In this document: positions 16,517 to 25,699 of the stretch, piece by piece
How positions within the stretch are numbered: the stretch's first letter is position 1
How the letters are laid out: every line of letters starts with the position of its first letter
From: an uncultured virus (IMG/VR IMGVR_UViG_3300025103_000005)
Lineage: Duplodnaviria; Heunggongvirae; Uroviricota; Caudoviricetes
Reading direction: 5' to 3' (one strand)
DNA: 54,349 nucleotides
IMG/VR virus record: IMGVR_UViG_3300025103_000005
The notes under the pieces: generated by a model
The model's input: the letters and a program-made list of their open reading frames with translations, nothing else
Told to the model about the DNA's origin: nothing
The model's database searches: none
Program-made: the position numbers and the translations under genes

Positions 16517-17220
16517 CCCCTTTCAACCAAGCGTGGCAAGTTCTCAAAATGGCGAGATACAAAGTTGGGCCGACTGAATTTTGGGATAGGGATGAGCCGA
16601 TTTATTCAGGTAAAGATGAAGAGGACAAAAAATGGTTCGATGGAAAGGGTTTTCCACAAACGAGGGATTTAGGCGAGAAGCCGAGTCATTGGAAGGACGA
16701 TTGGCATGATTGGGAAAGCAAACGTATTATCCCGAATTATTTTCCGATGGGTGGGAGTCCGTGGTTTGGTAGGATGGCGGGCAAAGTTATGATGCGCCCC
16801 TCGGATTTTCTCAGTTTGGCGTCGTCGAGCGAGCCGGGATATTACGGGGCCGACGAAAAGGGTAATCTTGATATTAGCCATTATTTAGAATCAGAGACGG
16901 GCAAGGGTATTGAGGAAAATATGAGGGCGGGCGTGCCTACTTTTATTCCAAATCTTAGTGTGAGTAGGGGGAATGTTATAGGTCACGAAGGGAGACACAG
17001 GATGGCGGCTGTTCATAATTTGATGGGTGATGAGCCAGTGCCTGTGCAGATTTCAACGGATGATTATTACGATAATCGCGGACATCGGGGTGAATATCCT
17101 CATCCGGCCACACAAGAAATGATGGATGATTTAGTTGGTGTGAAACTACGAGGGCAATATGATGAGGAAAGAAATTTGGAACTCACTCCCGAAATGTTTA
17201 GGATGGAGGGACAACAATGA
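16513..17220 (+). CDS. Leader-family protein with ParB/sulfiredoxin-like domain
   Basis: MTPFNQAWQVLK leader; GHEGRHRMAA...VPVQI resembles the ParB DGxHR motif. Confidence 0.65.
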   Translation: MTPFNQAWQVLKMARYKVGPTEFWDRDEPIYSGKDEEDKKWFDGKGFPQTRDLGEKPSHWKDDWHDWESKRIIPNYFPMGGSPWFGRMAGKVMMRPSDFLSLASSSEPGYYGADEKGNLDISHYLESETGKGIEENMRAGVPTFIPNLSVSRGNVIGHEGRHRMAAVHNLMGDEPVPVQISTDDYYDNRGHRGEYPHPATQEMMDDLVGVKLRGQYDEERNLELTPEMFRMEGQQ

Positions 17221-17714
17221 ACCCCTTCAACCAAGCGTGGACTTTTCTCAAAGCCCCAATTTATGAAACGGGTATTCCCAACATCAATTTTGTTACACAA
17301 GGCCCATTTCCAGACCCTTTTTGGAGGGAAGAGGAAAATGTATACGGCTACGTTCCTGATGACCCAAAAGGGAATGCGTATGGCTATCGTGATGAAGGAA
17401 ATGAGGTTGGGGAAATTAGTTATATGACACCCGGTGAATACGGAAAAATGACTACTGGAGAGGAAAAGGGCGGTATATATATTGACATGTTGGGGAGAAA
17501 ATTCTCTCCAAGAGAGTCAGATGATACTTTCTACCAAGAGATGATGGACAGGGCGGAGGCGGGAGAGGACATCAAGTTCGGTATGCCGTATGTTTTTCCC
17601 GATTCTCAGCCTGAAACATATCATGAAGGGAGACATAGAATGGCTGAACTCTTCGCTCGTGGTCACGGTGATACGCCCTTACCAGTCAAAGTCATGAGGG
17701 GGACTCACGGATGA
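17217..17714 (+). CDS. Leader-family protein with ParB/sulfiredoxin-like domain
   Basis: MNPFNQAWTFLK leader; HEGRHRMAEL...LPVKV. Confidence 0.65.
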   Translation: MNPFNQAWTFLKAPIYETGIPNINFVTQGPFPDPFWREEENVYGYVPDDPKGNAYGYRDEGNEVGEISYMTPGEYGKMTTGEEKGGIYIDMLGRKFSPRESDDTFYQEMMDRAEAGEDIKFGMPYVFPDSQPETYHEGRHRMAELFARGHGDTPLPVKVMRGTHG

Positions 17715-18097
17715 ACCCCTTCAACCAAGCGTGGGGCTTACTCAAAGAGGACATGAGCAGAGACCCCTCATGGGTCGTAGGGGGCATGAGCGACGACATA
17801 GCGTTTGATGGGGAAGCGGATTGTGAGAAACACGTCAGAGAATGGCTAGTCAGTGTCATAGGCTTCATGAGAAACAAAGACCCTTCCGATACAGCAGATA
17901 GGGCGTATGACTTCTATGCTAATGCTCCCTTTCAACACTTAGAGGCACTCTTGAGAAACGAACCCAGTGAGTTGCATGAGAAGGCTTTGGGTATGTTGGA
18001 GGACTGCCGCCAAGCGAATCTAGCAGAGCAGACAGGAGATGCTGATAGCAATCTACCCCCTATGCATTTCAGTGAACACATGAGGGATGAAGAATGA
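17711..18097 (+). CDS. Leader-family protein with unknown acidic helical cargo
   Basis: MNPFNQAWGLLK leader; ATGA-coupled. Confidence 0.75.
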   Translation: MNPFNQAWGLLKEDMSRDPSWVVGGMSDDIAFDGEADCEKHVREWLVSVIGFMRNKDPSDTADRAYDFYANAPFQHLEALLRNEPSELHEKALGMLEDCRQANLAEQTGDADSNLPPMHFSEHMRDEE

Positions 18098-18582
18098 ACC
18101 CCTTCGACCAAGCGTGGCTTTTGCTGAAACAGACCCGTCAAAGCACGTTAGGTGAGTATCATCCCGATTTCCCCTCTCCGCACGGTGATGTGATGTGGTA
18201 TCACGGCACAACAGCAAGACCCTCTTCGATAATCAATCGTGAAGGCTTAACCCCCCAAACACCTAATTATCACAACACATTATCGACAAGGTTGGACCCC
18301 TCTTTGCCTTCTCAGTTCCCAACAGGGGTTTATGCAACAGGTAAATTAAAGGATGCCCAAAGGTACGCTTATGCGAGAGGTCAAGATAGAAACCAATCAA
18401 GTCAAGTATATGGGATAAGAGAAGGTGTCTCTGAAACCCCCCAAGACAGACGCCTTAGAGAAATTGGAGAAAGTGCAGGTCGTAACATATCAACTGTCTT
18501 AGAAGATGTTAGATTCAGTAATCCAATACCAAGGCAGTATATCACTCCGGTGCCGATTCCTCTAAATCAAAAGACAGTTTAA
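18094..18582 (+). CDS. Leader-family protein with ADP-ribosyltransferase (PARP/Tpt1-like) domain
   Basis: MNPFDQAWLLLK leader; WYHGT...IINREGLTP...GVYAT...DAQRYA...IPRQYI. Confidence 0.7.
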   Translation: MNPFDQAWLLLKQTRQSTLGEYHPDFPSPHGDVMWYHGTTARPSSIINREGLTPQTPNYHNTLSTRLDPSLPSQFPTGVYATGKLKDAQRYAYARGQDRNQSSQVYGIREGVSETPQDRRLREIGESAGRNISTVLEDVRFSNPIPRQYITPVPIPLNQKTV

Positions 18583-18590
18583 GTCCGTTT

Positions 18591-19433
18591 ATGGACTTCA
18601 GCATTTACGAAGTGGGACCGAGAGACGGATTACAAAGTAGCGATACTATAACCCCTACTCATAAGAAAGTAGAACTCATTGAGAAGATAGCACAAGTGGG
18701 CATTGATAAGATTGAAGTCGGCGCAATGGTGAATCCCGACAAGGTTCCGAATATGGCTGATAGCGAACTGGTTTTCAGTAGAGTGGCTTGGTTACAATCG
18801 CAGTGTGAATTAGGGATGCTTGTCCCTAATAGGAAAGGCGTAGAAAGAGCAATGGATGTAGGAGTTACCCAATACAATGTCTTCTTTTCGCCGTCTGATT
18901 ACTTCAATACGAGAAATCATGGAAGAACCATGTCTCATATCTTCACGTCTTATTGTCACTCTCTTGCCGATGTTCCGAAGGATAACATCAGAGTATATCT
19001 CTCCACTTCTTTTGGTTGTCCTATTGCAGGCGAGATTCCAAGAAACTTAATGGAGAAGGCGCTCGATTGGGCGGATACATTGGGCTCTACAATTGTTCTA
19101 TGTGATACGATTGGTAAGGCTAACCCTCCTCTTATCACCAAAACGATGGCTTGGACAGAGGAGTTAGACGCTAAGATTGCCCTTCATCTTCATCATGGCA
19201 AGAGAAGAGGTAGAATGAAGGATAATCTGAGTGCTGCTTTCGATTGTGGCGTGGAACAATTCGATTCTTCAATTGGAGGAATGGGAGGTTGCCCATTCAT
19301 ACCGGGAAGCGGTGGAAATCTCGCTACTGAAGAATTAGTGATGTGGGGAGAAAAGGAGAATCTGGATTGTGGCGTCTCTCTAAGTGACATGAAGCCGCTC
19401 ATCAACTATGTGAATAAGGCCATCAAGGTCTAA
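18591..19433 (+). CDS. hmgL: Hydroxymethylglutaryl-CoA lyase (DRE-TIM metallolyase)
   Basis: EVGPRDGLQ, DTIG, LHLH metal motif, GGCPF catalytic Cys loop, GNLATE. Confidence 0.9.
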   Translation: MDFSIYEVGPRDGLQSSDTITPTHKKVELIEKIAQVGIDKIEVGAMVNPDKVPNMADSELVFSRVAWLQSQCELGMLVPNRKGVERAMDVGVTQYNVFFSPSDYFNTRNHGRTMSHIFTSYCHSLADVPKDNIRVYLSTSFGCPIAGEIPRNLMEKALDWADTLGSTIVLCDTIGKANPPLITKTMAWTEELDAKIALHLHHGKRRGRMKDNLSAAFDCGVEQFDSSIGGMGGCPFIPGSGGNLATEELVMWGEKENLDCGVSLSDMKPLINYVNKAIKV

Positions 19434-20299
19434 GCGCTTACTCCAACTTGTCCAGTAGTCGTACCGGCTTTGGAACGTGCTTGTTGGGCTACTTGCTGGA
19501 TTCTATCTTGTTCTTGTTGGCGAGCCTGTAACTTTGCTTGCGAGCGGGCCTGCATACTTTGTATACCGGCAGAGCCAATTCCTACTCCACCAGTAGCCAT
19601 CATGCTTTTCTCTTCTCCTGTAAAAGGCTCTACTGTTTTTGGCAAACTACCCTGTACCGCCGATGGCGTGGTTAGTTCTTGCCTATCAATCTCAGCCTGT
19701 AATGCCTGTCTCCTTGCTCCAGCCATTTGTTGACCAGTGGGAGACGGTGCTGACGGTGCTGACGGTGCTGTATATCCGCTATGTCCTTGAGCATTATCGA
19801 ACACATTGAGTCGAGTTTGCGTTGTTGAAGGAGAAGGAGGATTTGTAAGGTTGGTTACTGGTTTTTGAGTGTCAAGGTAACTCTCCCAATTGGTGTGCCC
19901 TTCCGGTAGATTTAGCCCCGGAGTGTTCTGCCCTTGCTTCCATCCTTGAATCTTTACAGGATTATGTGCCACATCCGTATACGGTTTCCCTCTTAGTGCA
20001 TTTAGGGTATTAGACCCTCCTCCTTTTGGAACAACGCCTGCTTTTGATGCCGCACGAGCATTTTTTGCAGCGCCTACTCTTCCCATCATTTTTGTTCCAA
20101 GTTTTGCTGCTCCTGTTCTACCTGCTTGTGAGAATAAAGCGCTGGTGAGTATTGGGAGAAATTGTGCCCATTTTTCTATGTCGTCTTTGCTCTTCACAAC
20201 GAGGATTGGAGGTGTGGCAGCCGGGAGTCCACCATCAGTCACAAAGGAAGAAGGGGGAGAAGAGACTGCGACCATACCCTGCGAATCTCTCGGCGCCAC
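19430..20299 (-). CDS. Low-complexity Gly/Ala/Gln-rich protein on the opposite strand
   Basis: 289-aa ORF filling the gap between plus-strand genes, convergent with HMG-CoA lyase; start uncertain. Confidence 0.65.
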   Translation of the reverse strand: MAPRDSQGMVAVSSPPSSFVTDGGLPAATPPILVVKSKDDIEKWAQFLPILTSALFSQAGRTGAAKLGTKMMGRVGAAKNARAASKAGVVPKGGGSNTLNALRGKPYTDVAHNPVKIQGWKQGQNTPGLNLPEGHTNWESYLDTQKPVTNLTNPPSPSTTQTRLNVFDNAQGHSGYTAPSAPSAPSPTGQQMAGARRQALQAEIDRQELTTPSAVQGSLPKTVEPFTGEEKSMMATGGVGIGSAGIQSMQARSQAKLQARQQEQDRIQQVAQQARSKAGTTTGQVGVSA

Positions 20300-20361
20300 G
20301 AACGTGTGATGGAGCGCAATGTATTAGACATATCGCAGTAGTGGCGTAGGTATAGGGAGTC

Positions 20362-20640
20362 GTGACGATGCCGAGAAACATACCCATCAACTGCGCCATC
20401 TCTCTTCTGAAAATGGGCAACTCCGCCAATGCTGCGATGATGCACGACCTTCCTTCATACATGGAAGAGGCGCTCAATCAGAAGAAAAAAACGCGTAGCG
20501 ATGCTCGAAAGAAGAAAGACAAGGCCGCGAAACTCCGTCAAGTAGTAGATGACCATGAGGAAGACGCCAGTGTAATTGACTATTATCGGCAAAATCATCC
20601 TGAGTGGTTTGGTGCATTTAGAGGCGGTGGCGGCGAATGA
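20362..20640 (+). CDS. Small basic hypothetical protein
   Basis: ORF track; PINCAISLLK resembles the leader. Confidence 0.65.
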   Translation: MTMPRNIPINCAISLLKMGNSANAAMMHDLPSYMEEALNQKKKTRSDARKKKDKAAKLRQVVDDHEEDASVIDYYRQNHPEWFGAFRGGGGE

Positions 20641-21218
20641 AGTTCGACCCGCGTTCAAAGAGCGGAAAGCCCAGCATCGCTATCATGATTGGCGTCAAGC
20701 CTTCAAAGAAGGATGACAAGAAGAAGTATGGCGGTGGGCCGGATATGAAGAAGGCTTGGAGGTATGAAGATAAACCCAAGCCAATCGACATGAGTGAACA
20801 TATACGAGGCGACCCAACAAGGCCATTCGGTCACTCTATGGAACAGGGGGATTCACTTATTGATACGGCACGACCAAGACGAATAAGGCAATATGCAGGC
20901 GATGTGCCAGAAGAAGGACTGGAAGACAGAGAGCCTGAAGGACAAATAGACTCAGAGTCTCTACGAGAAAGCAATCCCGAACTATTCGAGATGGATGACC
21001 CACGATGGAAAGACAGAGAGCCTGCACCAAAGGGTTACGAATATGGTAGAGATGGAAGACTTCGGAGAGTTTCCCCAGATGAGGGTAGAAGACCTTGGGA
21101 TTCAGATGACGTTTCTAATCTCTTAGCACGTAACAGGATGCAAGCCAAAGGTAATGATTCCATAGCCATGAGCATGGATGACCCGATGTCAGCAGCATGG
21201 GGTCTTCTAAGGGGATGA
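20637..21218 (+). CDS. Hypothetical protein with leader-like motif at the C-terminus
   Basis: Ends DDPMSAAWGLLRG; ATGA-coupled. Confidence 0.7.
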   Translation: MKFDPRSKSGKPSIAIMIGVKPSKKDDKKKYGGGPDMKKAWRYEDKPKPIDMSEHIRGDPTRPFGHSMEQGDSLIDTARPRRIRQYAGDVPEEGLEDREPEGQIDSESLRESNPELFEMDDPRWKDREPAPKGYEYGRDGRLRRVSPDEGRRPWDSDDVSNLLARNRMQAKGNDSIAMSMDDPMSAAWGLLRG

Positions 21219-21224
21219 CAAAGT

Positions 21225-22241
21225 GTGTCATCTGTTGCTGTAAGAAAGGCTTGGTACGATTCTACCAACTCCTTGTATGAGGATGATAGTCCCCCTAATA
21301 CTGGTGAAAACACTCGCCAGACTAAACTCTACAATTTCGACCCACGAATGGCCCATCCGAAGTATGGGGAAGATTTAGCAGCAATGCGGGCTACCGATGA
21401 AGAAGTATTGGGAAGTGGGCTAAAACCTACAGCGCAACCTCGTCACAATATAGAATGGGAAGAGGGAGTGAGTGAATTACTCGGCTCTAATCCTCGCTAT
21501 CCAGATGAGGAGATGCATGAAGTCACACATCATGGTGTGAAGTATTTGATGAGGCCAGATGGGAAAGTTCAGTTCCCCATCAAAGAGGGAGATAAGGGAA
21601 TATGGCTTACTCGACCTACTGAATCAGATGCAAGTCCCGGAGGATTGTTTACACACAGAGACGCTGATAAATTAGTTTTCGTTCGTGGTAAATCTAAGTC
21701 ATTGCGAGGAATGGGGAGAGCATATGAGCGAAACAGCGATGAGGCGCGAGAGAAGGTAGCAGAGATGTTTCTTCAACGAAAGAAGCCAATAGACCCAGAT
21801 AGACTTGTCGAAGTGCCTTTACCTAAAAATAAGCAAATGTGGCAAGTTTTGAGAGATTTAGGGCTTACGGGCGGAACAGATAATCATGGCCGAAGTAAAT
21901 GGGGTAATAAGGTACCAATTAAGAAGTTCTTTCCACTTCGAGGAGATGGATTAAACATGGGCGAACCAATGAACATAGCCTACCAGTTGCTCAAAGACCG
22001 CAAGTCGCCGGAGGCTTGGGCACACAAGTTGGAGTATGATAAGCAATATCAGAAGAATCCAAAGAGAGTCAAGTATCGTGAGCAATTGAACGCAGAACGT
22101 AGGAAGCGTGGCATATACGGCAAAGGCGGTGGCGATGTTAGCCATACTCAAGGTGGAAAACTGACGTTGGAAAGCCCTCATGCTAATCGAGCGCGACACT
22201 TCAAGGGGAAGGGAACACTTCGGAGAGTGAAGGTGAAATGA
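21225..22241 (+). CDS. Two-module protein: ART/Tpt1-like domain, internal leader, HNH-like basic domain
   Basis: AMRA..GSGLKP, GIWLT, FVRG, EMF..PIDPDRL; MGEPMNIAYQLLK at 21957-21995; DVSH...NRARH. Confidence 0.55.
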   Translation: MSSVAVRKAWYDSTNSLYEDDSPPNTGENTRQTKLYNFDPRMAHPKYGEDLAAMRATDEEVLGSGLKPTAQPRHNIEWEEGVSELLGSNPRYPDEEMHEVTHHGVKYLMRPDGKVQFPIKEGDKGIWLTRPTESDASPGGLFTHRDADKLVFVRGKSKSLRGMGRAYERNSDEAREKVAEMFLQRKKPIDPDRLVEVPLPKNKQMWQVLRDLGLTGGTDNHGRSKWGNKVPIKKFFPLRGDGLNMGEPMNIAYQLLKDRKSPEAWAHKLEYDKQYQKNPKRVKYREQLNAERRKRGIYGKGGGDVSHTQGGKLTLESPHANRARHFKGKGTLRRVKVK

Positions 22242-22468
22242 GTCCTTTTGACAAAGCGTGGGTCTTATTGAAGAATGTGACTGACCATGATGTCGATATG
22301 AGTAACCCAGTCAGTATAGAATCATGGAATGAACCGACAACGCCGTGTAGCAAATGCGGCCAATACGGTGCGAACATGCGTATGACATACAACAACAAGT
22401 TTGGTACAGATGAGCAAGAAAGGCATTATTGTGAGACTTGTTATCAGATTTCACATGGGAGAGAATAG
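22238..22468 (+). CDS. Leader-family protein with Zn-finger cargo
   Basis: MSPFDKAWVLLK; CSKC...CETC. Confidence 0.75.
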   Translation: MSPFDKAWVLLKNVTDHDVDMSNPVSIESWNEPTTPCSKCGQYGANMRMTYNNKFGTDEQERHYCETCYQISHGRE

Positions 22469-22469
22469 A

Positions 22470-22775
22470 ATGAATCCCTTCGACCATGCATGGACTTTGC
22501 TTAAAGAAGCCGAATGGCATCCCCCTAATACATTCGATAGTGATGAAATGACGAGGTATCTTCGTTATCATATGAATAATTTTCACGACAAGTTATCAAC
22601 AGAAGGGCAAGGAGAGGCTGCATTTTACATGCAGCAACTAGAGGGTTTCATAAATGCAGCAAATAAAGGGGAAGAGTATTTTGGCTTTATGACTCCTGAG
22701 TTTGCAGTTGGACAGATGAATAATTTGATTGATAAAGAAGGATTGAAAGATACCCAATTGAGGAATTTAGAATGA
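22470..22775 (+). CDS. Leader-family protein with unknown helical cargo (start re-assigned to 22470)
   Basis: MNPFDHAWTLLK begins at ATG 22470 after GGAG. Confidence 0.75.
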   Translation: MNPFDHAWTLLKEAEWHPPNTFDSDEMTRYLRYHMNNFHDKLSTEGQGEAAFYMQQLEGFINAANKGEEYFGFMTPEFAVGQMNNLIDKEGLKDTQLRNLE

Positions 22776-22912
22776 ACTTCTTCTGTCCGATAATTCCTAA
22801 TATCTGTCTATACAATTAGATATTATTCTCTATGTTTAGACAGGATAAAGGAATAATCGGAAAAGTAATGCTTAAGATGACCTCCTTAGTGGACAGGGGC
22901 GAGGTCACGAGG

Positions 22913-23512
22913 ATGAGCGACACAGACGAGATGAAAATGACAGGGCTAATTCTGTCCCAATCTGCCTTAGTGGGAGTGGCAGTTGGGGTATACGCTTCGG
23001 GTTTATGGTTACCCGGAGGCAACAACACAGACTCTACGATAAGTGGAATGACATATGCGATGGGTGCATTAGCAGTACAAACGATTGCCTACTATCTGTT
23101 CAAGATGTTCTTTGAACAAAGTATGAAGGAAAAGGTACAGATTGCCGAAATGCAGAGAAATAGACAAGATGCATTTAGACAACAACAGTTCGGCTTTGAG
23201 CAGAGAAGGGCAGATTTAGAGTTGAGAGTGCAAGAGTTGCAGTTGGAGAATGAATTGCGTATACTACATGAAAACCCTGAGAGAATCACACCCGGTTACA
23301 ATGGAGGTAGCATAGGTATAGGTGTTCAAGGGGATTTTCATAATACATACAATCCCGGCATTCCAGTTCATCAGGCAGACAATAAAACGCCACTAAATCT
23401 TGGATTAAACGCTATGGCAGATGAAGTAATGCGAGATGCGCCCCCTTCTTCAAATATGCGACTAAAGAAGGATGGCACCCCAGACCTTAGATACAAGCCG
23501 CCTTCACAGTGA
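22913..23512 (+). CDS. Membrane protein with two TM helices and a coiled coil (start re-assigned to MSDTDE)
   Basis: Hydrophobic LILSQSALVGVAVGVYA and MTYAMGALAVQTIAYYLF; GAGGT SD before 22913. Confidence 0.7.
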   Translation: MSDTDEMKMTGLILSQSALVGVAVGVYASGLWLPGGNNTDSTISGMTYAMGALAVQTIAYYLFKMFFEQSMKEKVQIAEMQRNRQDAFRQQQFGFEQRRADLELRVQELQLENELRILHENPERITPGYNGGSIGIGVQGDFHNTYNPGIPVHQADNKTPLNLGLNAMADEVMRDAPPSSNMRLKKDGTPDLRYKPPSQ

Positions 23513-23516
23513 TTAT

Positions 23517-23804
23517 ATGGTGCTCCCCGGACAATTGATACCCAGTCCTTTGCGAATCTTTCGTAATGTGCAAGATGATTCCGTAGAGGAAACGCTTAGA
23601 GCGATGCATCTTGCTAATACTGTGGATAATACCTACGAGTGGGGAATTGGATGGATAAGAACGATTATTATTTCTATTGTTCTTGCTTTAGCCGTGTCTG
23701 CTACTGAATCGAATAGCGATTTTAGTCTTTGGGAATCTACAATTGAGTGGTTCTATGAGCAAATCAGAGACATAGGACAAGGTATTGTCGATTGGGCAAG
23801 TTGA
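23517..23804 (+). CDS. Small membrane protein
   Basis: WIRTIIISIVLALAVSA hydrophobic helix and amphipathic C-terminus. Confidence 0.7.
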   Translation: MVLPGQLIPSPLRIFRNVQDDSVEETLRAMHLANTVDNTYEWGIGWIRTIIISIVLALAVSATESNSDFSLWESTIEWFYEQIRDIGQGIVDWAS

Positions 23805-23810
23805 TGCTCA

Positions 23811-24521
23811 ATGGCGGTTGGCGGCGGTAGTGTATTGGTGGGCGTTGCCTTATGGGGCAAGCAGATTTGGAATAACTGGAAACCGAGAAAAGTCGGCATC
23901 TACGGAGCGAGTATGGTCGGTAAGACCACTCTTGACAAATACATGACTACTCCCGGTGAGATGGAAGACATACCAATTGAAGATAGAACTGAACATTACA
24001 AAATACTAACCAAGTATCTATTACCTAAACCAACAAGAAAGAGGATTCGTTGGGAAGGAGAGAGAAGGGTCATTCATTCGACTGATATAGGCGGCCAAGA
24101 GCGATTTTGGAACTTATGGATTGATGATATGGTGAATAGACAGTGCGAGTATGTAGTATTCATGTTTGATGAGCGAGCGTTCAAGGAAGGGGCGTTAGAC
24201 CAAATAGGTGGATTCAAGTATCTTGTGGACTCTATAATCGGTCGAAATTATAGATATCGAAATTGGAAGAGTTGGAGGAGAGGTAAGAAGTATGTTCCTC
24301 GACTTGTGGTCTTGATTGCTAATAAAGCAGATAGATACTTCGACAATCATGCTGCGACGTTATGGCAACAAGGAAGAATAGGCGAACACAAGATATTTGA
24401 CCCCTTTCGTGATGACCTCATTAGGCTTCAAAAAGCAGGTATACCGACCAAGCGCAACTTTATGGCAACACGTATAGGATGGAACGTAGAAGCCGCTTTA
24501 TTGGAGATGATTGATTATTGA
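23811..24521 (+). CDS. Arf/Rab-like small GTPase with hydrophobic N-terminus
   Basis: G1 GASMVGKT, G2 PT, G3 DIGGQ, G4 NKAD, G5-like MAT..GWNV. Confidence 0.85.
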   Translation: MAVGGGSVLVGVALWGKQIWNNWKPRKVGIYGASMVGKTTLDKYMTTPGEMEDIPIEDRTEHYKILTKYLLPKPTRKRIRWEGERRVIHSTDIGGQERFWNLWIDDMVNRQCEYVVFMFDERAFKEGALDQIGGFKYLVDSIIGRNYRYRNWKSWRRGKKYVPRLVVLIANKADRYFDNHAATLWQQGRIGEHKIFDPFRDDLIRLQKAGIPTKRNFMATRIGWNVEAALLEMIDY

Positions 24522-24564
24522 CCTCGTAAGTGACCTTTTTGAAGTAGATAGGAGTCGGAGATAT

Positions 24565-24741
24565 ATGGCGAAGGGGAGTTCAACCACATCTTTGGTGTCT
24601 ACAGGAGGTAGTAATTCTCTCAGAACTACTATTCCGATGTGGATTGTGGAGCAGTTCGATTTGAAGCCCGGAAGTAAGATTGAGTGGTCTCTAAGCGCCA
24701 AAAACGACGCAATGACTATTTCCGTAACCCCACAGGAGTGA
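24565..24741 (+). CDS. AbrB/MazE/SpoVT-type DNA-binding protein
   Basis: SLRTTIPMWIVEQFDLKPGSKIEW swapped-hairpin signature; GGAG SD before ATG 24565. Confidence 0.8.
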   Translation: MAKGSSTTSLVSTGGSNSLRTTIPMWIVEQFDLKPGSKIEWSLSAKNDAMTISVTPQE

Positions 24742-24745
24742 TACA

Positions 24746-25699
24746 ATGGTGATGAACTACTGGCAACAACCTAACCCAAATCTCGCACAAGTGAACGAAG
24801 CAACATTGATGGCTCTTTCGCAGCAAGGAAACCCCGGTTTTACACATGCGATGTTATTGGAACAAGCGGCTGCACAGCAGCAAATGCAGAGAATGGCAAC
24901 AGAGAAGAACTTAGAAGTTCCCAAAGTAAACTTCTATCCATCGCGCCATCCTAATCCAATAAAAGCAAGAAAATCTGATATCAAACAAGCATACAAGTTA
25001 TTGAAACCCTCAAAGCGTTCGCTTCTTGACCCGCGAAGATGGGGGTGGAGTAATTATAGATACAACAAAGATACGGCAGTTTGCTGCGTTGATGGTTGTA
25101 ATGTTATGGAACTAATTCAATACGACAACCTATACGCGCGCATAACCGACGAAGATAGTGGTAAGACTCTATGGGATTTGTATTGGAAGAATCCAGTTAC
25201 TGGCGAACCAGAAGCATTCATCGCTCGTGAAGGAGTAACAAGTGGTAGAAAACTAAGAGCAACATATTGTCCTGAGCATCTCCATCTCTATCATCTCCTT
25301 TGTAAGTGGGAGGAAGAGGAAGATAGAGAAAATGAGATGCGACCAAGTAGGTTTCGTGATAAAATCAAGAGGGGAGTGAGTATTGTTACGGTGCCCGTCA
25401 CTGCCGTAACAGGGGGCCAAACTGGGCCAACCCATCCTCTAATCACAAAATACGAGCCGTTCTTCGCTGAAGTTTCTGCAGATGCGAGGAAAACTAATGG
25501 TATCACAATGCAGCATTATTCTAATCCTGTGACTAATGAAAACGACATAACGACCATAACATTCGACATGAGAATGTTTCAACAGGAACTTATCGAAATG
25601 TCTCGGCCTACACAGGCATTCCAAGATGTTCTCAACCAACAGGCTCAAGTCATACAGCCTACTCCATTACCACCAGAGATAGCGCAGGGGGCTCAATAA
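24746..25699 (+). CDS. Hypothetical protein, possible Zn site (CCVDGC...YCPEH)
   Basis: ORF track 317 aa. Confidence 0.75.
   Translation: MVMNYWQQPNPNLAQVNEATLMALSQQGNPGFTHAMLLEQAAAQQQMQRMATEKNLEVPKVNFYPSRHPNPIKARKSDIKQAYKLLKPSKRSLLDPRRWGWSNYRYNKDTAVCCVDGCNVMELIQYDNLYARITDEDSGKTLWDLYWKNPVTGEPEAFIAREGVTSGRKLRATYCPEHLHLYHLLCKWEEEEDRENEMRPSRFRDKIKRGVSIVTVPVTAVTGGQTGPTHPLITKYEPFFAEVSADARKTNGITMQHYSNPVTNENDITTITFDMRMFQQELIEMSRPTQAFQDVLNQQAQVIQPTPLPPEIAQGAQ

Noticed and set aside
24565..25699. MazEF/VapBC-type toxin-antitoxin pair
   Set aside because: The gene after the AbrB-like ORF shows no PIN, MazF or other toxin motif
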